Source: Dickeya solani IPO 2222
Lineage (GTDB): Bacteria; Pseudomonadota; Gammaproteobacteria; Enterobacterales; Enterobacteriaceae
NCBI RefSeq assembly: GCF_001644705.1
Contig: NZ_CP015137.1
Location: forward strand, 60,001 to 92,000
DNA length: 32,000 bases
Direction: 5' to 3'
Under the pieces are notes generated by a model. That model was not told the DNA's origin. It worked only from the letters and a program-made list of their open reading frames with translations, and did not search any database. Positions 15,607 through 23,356 of this stretch are shown piece after piece; the stretch's first letter is position 1, and the number at the start of each line of letters is the position of its first letter. The position numbers and the translations under genes are program-made.

Positions 15607-17169
15607 TTACTTCGTTTTTTCCTCTTCCGGGAACGGCGTGGTCATCATCGACACCATGATGCGAATACCGTCGATGTAGTTGCCGATGCGCATATTTTCG
15701 TCGCTGCTGTAAGCGTTATTATCCGCATTCACCAACGACACCACGGCAAAGGCGCTTTTCAACGCCGCCAGCGCGCCATTAATCGGCGGCGACACGCCCA
15801 GCATGCGGTTCTTCTCCGGTTCCCCTTTTCCCGGCGCCTTCACGCCGTCCATCGCCCATTTCGCCAGCGGCGACGCCATCTGCGTGCGCACGGCAAACGA
15901 ACTGCCCGACGAGGTCATCATGCTCATCGAAATCAATTTGGGGTTGTGATTACGCTCCTGCAGCGCGGGCGAGTCGGAACGCACGATATAGAAACCGTTG
16001 GCGGTTACATACTTTTTCAGCAGGTCATACAGGTAGTCGGGCGAGGTTTCCGGCACCGTACGGATATTAATGCTGGCGGTCGCGGTAGACGGAATGGCGT
16101 AGATGGCTTTGCGGCCGGTATCGCCCGCCCTGAGCCCGATGACATCCAGCGACGGATACTGCACCGCTTCCACCGGGTTGGGCGCCATTTTCTCCAGTTG
16201 GGTCACCCCGTAACGGCTTTCGATGGTACCCGGCTGCGGCGCCTGCGCGGCCAGCTGTTTGCGTTCGTCATCGGAGATTTTGACCCGATCATAAAACCCT
16301 GGCAGCGTCACCCGACCGGTGGCGTCCTTGAGCCCGGCCAGCAGGTTCGCCAGCTGTTGCACCGGATTGACGATCACATTGCCGAACGCGCCGCTGTGGG
16401 CCGCCGGGTCGGGGCCGAACACCGTCATGTCCACCTGTATCGACCCGCGATAGCCGAACGTGATCACCGGCATATTATTGGTGTTCACCGCGCCGTTAAA
16501 AATCACCACGCCGTCATTTTTTAGCCGGGCAGCGTTCTGATTGACCACCGCGGCCAGGTGCGGCGAGCCGCGCTCCTCTTCCGAATCGAGCAGCACCTTG
16601 ATATTTACCGTGGTGGCGGCCCTGGCGCTTTTCAGCGCATCCACCGCGGTCAGAAACACGGAGATCACCCCTTTGCCGTCCGACGCCGAACGACCAAACA
16701 CGCGCCATTCCGGATCCAACCCCGGCTGCATCAGCCGGTCGTTGGGTTGCGGCATCCAGATACCGCGCGAATCCTTGATTTTCAGCGTCGGTTTCCAGGG
16801 GTCGGTGCTCCATTCGGACGCGCTGACCGACTGTCCATCAAAGTGCATCAGGAACAACACCGTAGGGCGGTTAGGTTGCATCGGCCCCAGCTCGGCATAC
16901 AGCATCGGGTGCGCGCCATTGGCCAGTTGCTGGGTGGTAAATCCCCGTTTCTGAAAGGCCTTGTCCAGCCAGTTGAGGTTGCGCTGAATATCCGCCGCCA
17001 CATCGGTGTCGTTGCTGAGCGTCAAGCCGTCGAGGTATTCGGGAAAGCTGGCCTGCGCGAATCGCTGGGCGTCAGTCGGCGTCATGATCCATTGCGCCTG
17101 AGCGGAACCTGCCGTCACCAGCGCGCCGAGCACGCCGGCCAACAGGAGTTTGTTGCCACGAAGCATCAT
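15607..17169 (-). CDS. secreted M20-family metallopeptidase (dipeptidase / carboxypeptidase-like)
   Basis: 520 aa. The signal peptide is MMLRGNKLLLAGVLGALVTAGSAQA|Q. M20 landmarks are present: LFLMHFDGQ (metal-binding His/Asp), FGRSASDGKG (bridging Asp) and LDSEEERGS (catalytic and metal-binding Glu). An AAGGA Shine-Dalgarno precedes the start. Confidence 0.8.
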   Translation of the reverse strand: MMLRGNKLLLAGVLGALVTAGSAQAQWIMTPTDAQRFAQASFPEYLDGLTLSNDTDVAADIQRNLNWLDKAFQKRGFTTQQLANGAHPMLYAELGPMQPNRPTVLFLMHFDGQSVSASEWSTDPWKPTLKIKDSRGIWMPQPNDRLMQPGLDPEWRVFGRSASDGKGVISVFLTAVDALKSARAATTVNIKVLLDSEEERGSPHLAAVVNQNAARLKNDGVVIFNGAVNTNNMPVITFGYRGSIQVDMTVFGPDPAAHSGAFGNVIVNPVQQLANLLAGLKDATGRVTLPGFYDRVKISDDERKQLAAQAPQPGTIESRYGVTQLEKMAPNPVEAVQYPSLDVIGLRAGDTGRKAIYAIPSTATASINIRTVPETSPDYLYDLLKKYVTANGFYIVRSDSPALQERNHNPKLISMSMMTSSGSSFAVRTQMASPLAKWAMDGVKAPGKGEPEKNRMLGVSPPINGALAALKSAFAVVSLVNADNNAYSSDENMRIGNYIDGIRIMVSMMTTPFPEEEKTK

Positions 17170-17411
17170 AAGTATCCTTCCAGCCAGAGGAAAAAAAGAA
17201 CATCCATCTTCTGGTTATCGGCAGCATCGGTCATCGCCTGAGCGATCCGGACGCGATTCATCCACCGGGTTTACCCTGCTTATAGATAAGCATGCTTCGT
17301 GGCAGCGGAATGCGGGCTATATCAAAACCCCCGCTGTTTTTCGGCTGCAACCCATTCATTTTATGGTTGCAGGGACATCATCAGCGCAGTAAAAACGACC
17401 TCCCCTCAAGA

Positions 17412-17501
17412 TCAGATGTTTTCCGATCGGATTTTTTCTAATCAGACATTCTCTAATCAGATGTTTTCCAATCAAATGTTTTCCAATCAAATGTTTTCCA
17501 G
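17412..17501. repeat. tandem array: five 15-bp copies of the MFS gene 3' end (stop codon included) plus the native copy
   Basis: Read on the minus strand: native CTGGAAAACATTTGA (LENI*, 17501-17487), then TTGGAAAACATTTGA, TTGGAAAACATCTGA, TTAGAGAATGTCTGA, TTAGAAAAAATCCGA and TCGGAAAACATCTGA (down to 17412). Confidence 0.92.
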
Positions 17502-18905
17502 ACGGACGCCGCGGGTCCGCGGGCCGAACACGCCGACCGTCACCACCACCGTCAGCATGCTGATGATGATAAACGCCAGCACGCCGCTGGTGTCGTAATG
17601 CTGCAGAATCAGACCGATGACGATGCTGCTGAGCGCCGTGGACAACCGGCTAAAGGAGTAACAGAAACCCACGCCGCGGGCGCGGATCGCCGTGGGGAAA
17701 ATCTCGGTCTGATAGGCGTGATAGCTGATGGTCAGCCAGGCATTGGAATAGGTGATCAGAAAGCCGCAGACAATCAACCACAGCGGTTGCGTCTGAAAGG
17801 CGAACAGCGTACCGAACACGACCGTCATCAGCGACGACAACACGATTTGCCATTTGTTTTCGAGTTTGCCGGCGTACCAACTGCACAGTAACGACCCCAG
17901 AGGATAGGCCAGCGTAATGAAAAACGCGTACAGCAGACTGTGGGTCACGGTCGCGCCCCGTCCCGCCAGCAGCGCGGGCAGCCAGTTACCAAAGCCAAAA
18001 AATCCGATAGCCTGAAAGGTATTCATGACCATCAGCATCAGGGTGCGGCGGCGATAGCGCACTGACCAGATATCGCGGAATCGACCGCGTGACGGCAGCG
18101 TAATCCTTGTCTGCGGCTCCAGCGCCTTACCCGGCGGTATGCCGCAGCGGTGCTCCATTGCAGTCATCGCCTTTTCCGCTTCCCGGTAGCGTCCGCGCGA
18201 TGCCAGCCAGCGCGCCGATTCCACCAGGTTACGGCGTAGCAGCCACACCACCAGCGAGCACACCGCGCCGATGATCACCACGTAACGCCAGCCGGATAGC
18301 CCCCAGAGCGTCTGCGGCACCAGCCACCAGGACATCAGCGCCACCGTCGGTACCGACAGAAACTGCATGAAGAACGCCAGCGCAAACGCCTGACTACGCA
18401 GGTGGGTCGGCGCCCATTCGGACAGGTAGGTATCGATGGTCACCAGTTCTACCCCCAGACCAATCCCCACCAAAAAGCGGCAGAGGATCACCCATTCCGC
18501 CTGAGTCTGGAACGCCATCAGCAGCGAGAACGCGCCATACCACGCCAGCGCAAACATGAAAGCGGTGCGGCGACCCAGCCGGTCCGCCTGCGGTGCCAAC
18601 ACGCTGGCGCCGATAAACAGGCCAAAAAAGGTGGCGGATGCAAACGTGGCCTGATCCGACACGCCTAACAATCCTTCTTTTCCGACATGAAAAATCTTCT
18701 CCCCTATCAGACCGGTGCTGATGTAGGCGGTCTGAAACAGGTCGTAAAGTTCAAAGAAGCCGCCCAGCGACAGCAGCATGATGAAGCGCCACAGCCCCCA
18801 CGATGAGGGTAAGGCATCAATGCGCGTCGCCAACAAATGGAGAGGAAGAGGATGATTGACGGCGTAAACCGTCGGCGCGTTGCGCGCACTAAAAGTGGAA
18901 TCCAT
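17487..18905 (-). CDS. MFS transporter (12-TMS, metabolite:H+ symporter / sugar-porter-like)
   Basis: Hydrophobic profile with motif A PQADRLGRRTAF. I trimmed the ORF-track TTG start (18968) to the ATG at 18905 (MDSTFSARN..), which has an AGAGG Shine-Dalgarno 7 nt upstream. Confidence 0.8.
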   Translation of the reverse strand: MDSTFSARNAPTVYAVNHPLPLHLLATRIDALPSSWGLWRFIMLLSLGGFFELYDLFQTAYISTGLIGEKIFHVGKEGLLGVSDQATFASATFFGLFIGASVLAPQADRLGRRTAFMFALAWYGAFSLLMAFQTQAEWVILCRFLVGIGLGVELVTIDTYLSEWAPTHLRSQAFALAFFMQFLSVPTVALMSWWLVPQTLWGLSGWRYVVIIGAVCSLVVWLLRRNLVESARWLASRGRYREAEKAMTAMEHRCGIPPGKALEPQTRITLPSRGRFRDIWSVRYRRRTLMLMVMNTFQAIGFFGFGNWLPALLAGRGATVTHSLLYAFFITLAYPLGSLLCSWYAGKLENKWQIVLSSLMTVVFGTLFAFQTQPLWLIVCGFLITYSNAWLTISYHAYQTEIFPTAIRARGVGFCYSFSRLSTALSSIVIGLILQHYDTSGVLAFIIISMLTVVVTVGVFGPRTRGVRLENI

Positions 18906-18976
18906 GGTGTTGCCTCTGATTGATGGTCGGTTATCGTTGGTAAACGTTCTGGCAAACCATAGCGGCAATAATTATC

Positions 18977-19000
18977 ATTTGTTATTGTTTATCGATAACA
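18977..19000. promoter_or_regulatory. Zur-box-like (Fur-family) operator upstream of the MFS gene
   Basis: ATTTGTTATTGTTTATCGATAACA shares ATTTGTTAT....ATAACA with the perfect Zur palindrome at 25736-25761. It sits at a similar distance from its start codon (72 versus 78 nt). On the minus strand it overlaps a candidate -10 (GATAAT). Confidence 0.45.
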
Positions 19001-19169
19001 TTATTTGCAGGATATGAAAGTGCGAACGGGCGGAAACACCCGGTGCAGGGGCTTTATGAAGGTTATCCAGATGTTATCGCCATCCGCAGCGTGATGGCGA
19101 TCGACAGGCGATATGACTGGTTACATAACGCACAACCTGTGGAGGCGCTTTTATGCCTCGCGTCAAGCA

Positions 19170-20225
19170 TTACTCCCCGGGCGGCGACGGCGTTTTCACC
19201 CGAATCCGGCCAAGCAGTTCGCGCCGGAAATCCCCCAGCTGGGGTTTGTCATCCAGCCACGGCAGCGGGCGACACAGTTCCATGGCGCGAATACCCAGCC
19301 GCGCGGTCAGTAGACCGGCCCCCAGCCCTTGCGCCGCACGCGCCGACAGCCGTGCCGCCAAATCCTGCGACATCCAGTCCATGCCGATTTCCCGCACCAG
19401 TTCGCTGGCGCCGGCAAACGCCACATTCAGCAGCACCAGCCGGAACAGGCGAATACGACTGAAATAGCCCAGTTCGATGCCGTACAACCGCGCAATACGG
19501 TTGACCAGCCGCAGGTTACGCCAGGCGATAAACGCCATGTCCACCAATGCCAGCGGGCTGACGGCAATCATCAGCGCCGACTCGGCGGCAGAGCGGCTGA
19601 TCTCGCGGCGCGCCCTGGCGTCCAGCACCGGTTGTACCAAATGCGCGTATAACTCAGTGACCTCACGATCGTTATGCGTATCGTGCAATGACGCCTGCCA
19701 ACGTTGCAGCGCCGGATGCCCGATATCCAACCCGGCCTGGCGGGCCAGATTTTCACAAAAGGCGCGGGCGCTGCCCGTGCCGTGACTGTTGAGCAACTCC
19801 CGCGCCCGGTCACGGGTTTCCGCCCGCTGGCGTAACCGATACAACCGGCGCCACTCGACCGCCAGCGCCCCAACTCCAGCGCCGACAATCAGGGTGCCCG
19901 CCGCCACGCCGCCAAGCGCAATCCAGTCCTGGCCGACCCAGGCCTGATACAACGAACGCCCGCCCTGCGCCAGCGCGCTAAGGCCGAACAGCGCCACGCC
20001 CAGCCCCAGCATCTTCCGCCACAGGCTTCGGCGCGGGCGCAACGCGTCGCTGACTACCTGCTCAGCACTTTCACCATCATCCGGTTCGTCGTCGTCGGCT
20101 ATTGCCGCCGGAATAAAGCGCTGCGTCTCGCCCTCGGCAAAAGCGACCGACGGCCGCAACGGCGCATCGGCCGGCGCCACCGGCGTATTGTCGAAGGTGA
20201 TGCGGGGTTTCAACGATTCACTCAT
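19170..20225 (-). CDS. ycjF: UPF0283 inner-membrane protein YcjF
   Basis: 351 aa and collinear with E. coli YcjF from memory (LKPRIxFD.., ALRPxRSLWRKM.., DWxALGG.AAG.LIxGAGVG...EWRRLxRLRQRA). Its ATG overlaps the ycjX stop codon (ATGA). Confidence 0.9.
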   Translation of the reverse strand: MSESLKPRITFDNTPVAPADAPLRPSVAFAEGETQRFIPAAIADDDEPDDGESAEQVVSDALRPRRSLWRKMLGLGVALFGLSALAQGGRSLYQAWVGQDWIALGGVAAGTLIVGAGVGALAVEWRRLYRLRQRAETRDRARELLNSHGTGSARAFCENLARQAGLDIGHPALQRWQASLHDTHNDREVTELYAHLVQPVLDARARREISRSAAESALMIAVSPLALVDMAFIAWRNLRLVNRIARLYGIELGYFSRIRLFRLVLLNVAFAGASELVREIGMDWMSQDLAARLSARAAQGLGAGLLTARLGIRAMELCRPLPWLDDKPQLGDFRRELLGRIRVKTPSPPGE

Positions 20226-21637
20226 CGCAATTTATCTCCCAGTAAAAACTCCATCACCGTATCCAGACGGATATGCGGCAACGGCGTGTCCGTTTGCATT
20301 TCCAGCGGACGAAATGGTTCAAAGTGGAATCCCTGCTCACGCCAGAAGGACGGGTCCGGCAGCCGCGACGGCACATCGCCGGGATACACGGTGACCGGCT
20401 CGCCGTCCGCCAACCGGTTGCCGCGCAAGGCCGGCAACGACTGCCCCTGATGCGACACCACGCCGCTTTGCGTCGCCTGCACCGAGGCAATGCCCGCACA
20501 GTCGATCTCAATCCCTTCGAACGCCGCATTACGCCAGGCTTCCTGCACCAGTTGCTGTAGCAACGACACCAAATTGGCGTGTTGATCGGCGGTGATATGG
20601 TCGGACTGACTGGCGGCAAACATCAGTCGATCAATACACGGCGAAAACAGACGTCGCAGCAGGGTGCGTTTGCCGTAGTGAAAGCTCTGCATCAGTTGGG
20701 TCAGCGCCAGCCGCATGTCGTTAAACGACTGGACGCCGTGGTTGAGCGGTTGCAGGCAGTCCACCAGCACGATTTGCCGGTCAAAGCGCACAAAGTGCTG
20801 GCGATAGAATTCGCGCACCACATGCTGGCAGTAATAATCAAATCGCTGACGCAGCATGCCGATCAGGGTGTGATCGCCGGCCTGCGTCAACGCCGCGTCC
20901 AGTCGGTCGTCGGGCCACGGCCAGGGGAAGAACTGCAACACCGGCGCGCCGGCCAGATCGCCCGGCAACACGAAGCGCCCCGGTTGAATGAAATGCAGCC
21001 CTTCTTGTTTGCATCGCAACAGATAATCGGTGTACGCCCGGGCGATCGCCGCCAGCCGGTTCTCATCCGCCGGCGCCAACGGGTCCAGCCCCTCGCACAG
21101 CGCCAGCCAGGGCTGCGCCCAGCCTAATCGGTCGCCCTGCAACATGGCGGACATCTGTCGTGACCAGTCGGCGTAATTCTGCTCCAACAGCGGCAAATCC
21201 AGCAGCCACTCGCCGGGATAATCGACGATTTCCAGATAGAGCGTCGCGGTGTCGCGGAAGTGGCGCAGCAGGCTGTCGCGGGAACGGTAACGCAGCGCCA
21301 GCCTGATTTCGCTGACGCCGCGGGTCGGCGTTGGCCAGGCGGGCGGGACGCCGTACAGCGACGCCATGCCTTCGTCATACGCAAACCGGGGAATACCCAG
21401 ATCCCGCTGCGGAATGCGCCGCGCGCCCAGCAGCCGGTTTTCGCGCGCCGCCGAAAACAGCGGCAGCCGCGCGCCGTGCTGGGCGTTGAGCAACTGATTG
21501 ACCAGTGAGGTAATAAAAGCCGTTTTACCGCTGCGGCTCAGGCCGGTAACCGCCAGCCGCAGATGCCGATCGGCGCTGCGATTGACCAGCGCGTTGAACT
21601 CGTTCTGTAACCGGTTGAAAGGAAGGGAATAAGCCAT
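20222..21637 (-). CDS. ycjX: YcjX-like P-loop NTPase (stress-induced, DUF463)
   Basis: Collinear with E. coli YcjX from memory ([42 protein letters not shown], [32 protein letters not shown]). I prefer the ATG at 21637 because AGGAG lies 5 nt upstream; the ORF track starts at 21652. Confidence 0.9.
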   Translation of the reverse strand: MAYSLPFNRLQNEFNALVNRSADRHLRLAVTGLSRSGKTAFITSLVNQLLNAQHGARLPLFSAARENRLLGARRIPQRDLGIPRFAYDEGMASLYGVPPAWPTPTRGVSEIRLALRYRSRDSLLRHFRDTATLYLEIVDYPGEWLLDLPLLEQNYADWSRQMSAMLQGDRLGWAQPWLALCEGLDPLAPADENRLAAIARAYTDYLLRCKQEGLHFIQPGRFVLPGDLAGAPVLQFFPWPWPDDRLDAALTQAGDHTLIGMLRQRFDYYCQHVVREFYRQHFVRFDRQIVLVDCLQPLNHGVQSFNDMRLALTQLMQSFHYGKRTLLRRLFSPCIDRLMFAASQSDHITADQHANLVSLLQQLVQEAWRNAAFEGIEIDCAGIASVQATQSGVVSHQGQSLPALRGNRLADGEPVTVYPGDVPSRLPDPSFWREQGFHFEPFRPLEMQTDTPLPHIRLDTVMEFLLGDKLR

Positions 21638-21721
21638 GACGCTCCTGTTCATTTTCTTGCCTGGCGTTCACCGCCCTGCCAGACGATAACCGCATTATGG
21701 TGCGACTGCCGCGAAAAAACG

Positions 21722-21766
21722 AAAACACAAAAAATGATGTACGGGATTCGATAGCGCCGAATCCCG
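21722..21766 (-). terminator. stem-loop plus U-rich tract between pspC and ycjX (partial terminator or attenuator)
   Basis: On the minus strand, CGGGATTCG (21766-21758) pairs with CGAATCCCG (21750-21742) and is followed by UACAUCAUUUUUUGUGUUUUCGUUUUUU. A 7-nt spacer precedes the U-run, so it is not canonical. A second hairpin, GCCAGCC/GGCTGGC, lies at 21780-21796. Confidence 0.45.
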
Positions 21767-21818
21767 CTGCAGCGTTCGGGCCAGCCGTCGGCTGGCGTGG
21801 TGATTACAGGCGTGTTGA

Positions 21819-22181
21819 TTATAGTTGACGGAACTTGCTGCGCAGGCCGTACGTGTCGGAGGTGATATAGCGCTCAATATGGCGCAACCGCTGCTCGCTG
21901 GCGCTCAGTATCGCATCCGCCTGATCCAACAACGCATTCGGCGAGACGCTGGCGCCAGCAGGCTGATACGCCTCCGGCGGCGCCGGGTCCAGCATGAAGC
22001 TGAGGATCAGGTAGGCCACCGCGGTAATCAGGAACAGACCGAAGAAAATCGACAGCACGGCGATGATACGCACCAGCTTTACCGGCACATCAAAATAACG
22101 CGCCAGCCCGGCGCACACACCTTTGATCATCCCCTCTTCCGGCAGACGATAAAGTTTTCGCTCAAAACGGGTGTTCATCAT
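21819..22181 (-). CDS. pspC: phage shock protein C
   Basis: 120 aa and matches E. coli PspC from memory (GVCAGxAxYxxVPVKLVRIxxVLSIFFGL, ..RYxTSDTxxLRSxFRQL). Its start overlaps the pspB stop codon. Confidence 0.93.
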   Translation of the reverse strand: MMNTRFERKLYRLPEEGMIKGVCAGLARYFDVPVKLVRIIAVLSIFFGLFLITAVAYLILSFMLDPAPPEAYQPAGASVSPNALLDQADAILSASEQRLRHIERYITSDTYGLRSKFRQL

Positions 22182-22408
22182 GATTGCCTCCAGTTGGGAT
22201 GCTCTGCATCCAGAATCTGTTCCAGCGTGTCAATCCGCTCGCGCATACGCTGTGCGTCTTCCGTTAACCGAGCCAGCCGCTGCTGTTCAGCCGGATCCCA
22301 TTGCAGCGAACGGTTGCGGCGCTGGCTGTAGTGCAGCCACAGCCACAAGGGCGCTACAAACAGCAGAAACACCGTCAGCGGAATCATTGTCAGTACCAGA
22401 GCACCCAT
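22178..22408 (-). CDS. pspB: phage shock protein B
   Basis: 76 aa and matches E. coli PspB from memory (LWLWLHYS.., EQQRLAxL..xAxRMRERIxxLExILDAEHPNWR). An AAGGAG Shine-Dalgarno precedes the start. Confidence 0.93.
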   Translation of the reverse strand: MGALVLTMIPLTVFLLFVAPLWLWLHYSQRRNRSLQWDPAEQQRLARLTEDAQRMRERIDTLEQILDAEHPNWRQS

Positions 22409-22443
22409 TTTTTCTCCTTAATTATTATGGTGATGCGGCAAGA

Positions 22444-22461
22444 CTGCCGCCGTAGCGGCAG
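22444..22461 (-). other. perfect 7-bp GC hairpin in the pspA-pspB spacer
   Basis: On the minus strand, CTGCCGC-TACG-GCGGCAG lies 11 nt after the pspA stop codon with no U-run following. It is a candidate 3' stabiliser or processing barrier favouring pspA-only mRNA. Confidence 0.5.
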
Positions 22462-22471
22462 CCGGTGGCGA

Positions 22472-23137
22472 TTACTCCGCCGGTTTTACTTTAGCTTTCA
22501 GCGCCGCCAGTTGCGCATCGATCTCATCGCTGGTTTTCAAATCGGCAAACTGCTGATCCAGCGATTTCTGTTTGCCCAGCCCCACGCTCTCTGCTTCCGC
22601 CTCCAGCGTATCGATACGGCGTTCGAACTGTTCAAAACGGGCCATCGCTTCATCCAGTTTACCGCTGTCGAGCTGGCGGCGGATATCGCGGGATGAACTG
22701 GCGGCCTGATGACGCAGCGTCAGCGCCTGTTGGCGGGCGCGGGTTTCAATCAGCTTATTCTCCAGCTCGCCGATTTCCCGTTTCAGGCGCTCCAGCGTTT
22801 CGTCCACCGCCGCCGCTTCCTGCTCCAGCACCGCCATAAGTTCCGTCAGCTTCTGTTTTTCCACCAGCGCGGCGCGCGCCAGCTCCTCACGCCCGCGGCG
22901 CAGCGCCAGCTCCGCTTTTTCCTGCCACTCGTCCTGCTGACCACGGGCCTGTTCAATGCGGCGGGCCAGCTGTTTCTTTTCCGCCAGCGCCCGGGCGGAG
23001 GTGGAACGCACTTCAACCAGTGTATCTTCCATTTCCTGAATCATCAGCCGCACCAGCTTCTGCGGGTCTTCGGCTTTATCCAGCAAGGCATTGATATTGG
23101 CGTTCACGATGTCGGCAAAACGGGAAAAAATACCCAT
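22472..23137 (-). CDS. pspA: phage shock protein A
   Basis: 221 aa. [57 protein letters not shown] is near-identical to E. coli PspA from memory. Confidence 0.95.
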   Translation of the reverse strand: MGIFSRFADIVNANINALLDKAEDPQKLVRLMIQEMEDTLVEVRSTSARALAEKKQLARRIEQARGQQDEWQEKAELALRRGREELARAALVEKQKLTELMAVLEQEAAAVDETLERLKREIGELENKLIETRARQQALTLRHQAASSSRDIRRQLDSGKLDEAMARFEQFERRIDTLEAEAESVGLGKQKSLDQQFADLKTSDEIDAQLAALKAKVKPAE

Positions 23138-23220
23138 ACTCTACTCCTCAGTGATTTCCGGCGTCTGCGACGCCCGGTTCGTTATCTCCATCAGCCGTTG
23201 CCTGATGACACAGTGATATA

Positions 23221-23237
23221 ATCAAATACCGTGCCAG
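23221..23237 (-). promoter_or_regulatory. sigma-54 (-24/-12) promoter of pspA
   Basis: The minus strand reads CTGGCACGGTATTTGAT. TGGCAC-N5-TTGA compares with the consensus TGGCAC-N5-TTGC(A/T). It lies about 84 nt upstream of the pspA ATG, in the pspF-pspA divergent region, where PspF-dependent promoters are found. Confidence 0.7.
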
Positions 23238-23356
23238 CTTTTAAAAACAAAATAACCAGATGATAAATAACGAGTTAATCATTTAAATATACAGTCAGCG
23301 CTATCTTTGATATGGTCAAATCGACCAATAATTAGTGAAAAATACAAGGCGATGTT

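Noticed and set aside
17457-17501. TGGAAAACATTTGA within the repeat units considered as reiterated sigma-54 -24/-12 promoters.
   Set aside because: The GG-to-TG spacing is one base short, the -12 GC is missing, and the context is a gene 3' end.
17299-17598. A + strand ORF encoding an FSNQM pentapeptide repeat (99 aa).
   Set aside because: The repeat is the antisense reading of the 15-bp tandem array, and the rest overlaps the MFS gene 3' end antisense. It has no Shine-Dalgarno.
18967-18985. A canonical Fur box reading of AATAATTATCATTTGTTAT.
   Set aside because: Only about 10 of 19 positions match GATAATGATAATCATTATC. The similarity to the nearby Zur palindrome is stronger. I retain it only as an alternative regulator in the finding.
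21638-21818. A search for pspD (and pspE) downstream of pspC.
   Set aside because: The gap is only about 180 nt and is occupied by hairpins and a U-rich tract. The overlapping ORFs 21695..21877 and 21525..21728 have no resemblance to PspD as I remember it, and they overlap pspC or ycjX.
23241-23356. An IHF site and PspF upstream activating sequences in the pspF-pspA intergenic region.
   Set aside because: The region is AT-rich and they are expected here. The best matches to WATCAANNNNTTR have at least 1-2 mismatches in core positions, and I cannot recall the PspF site well enough to call coordinates.
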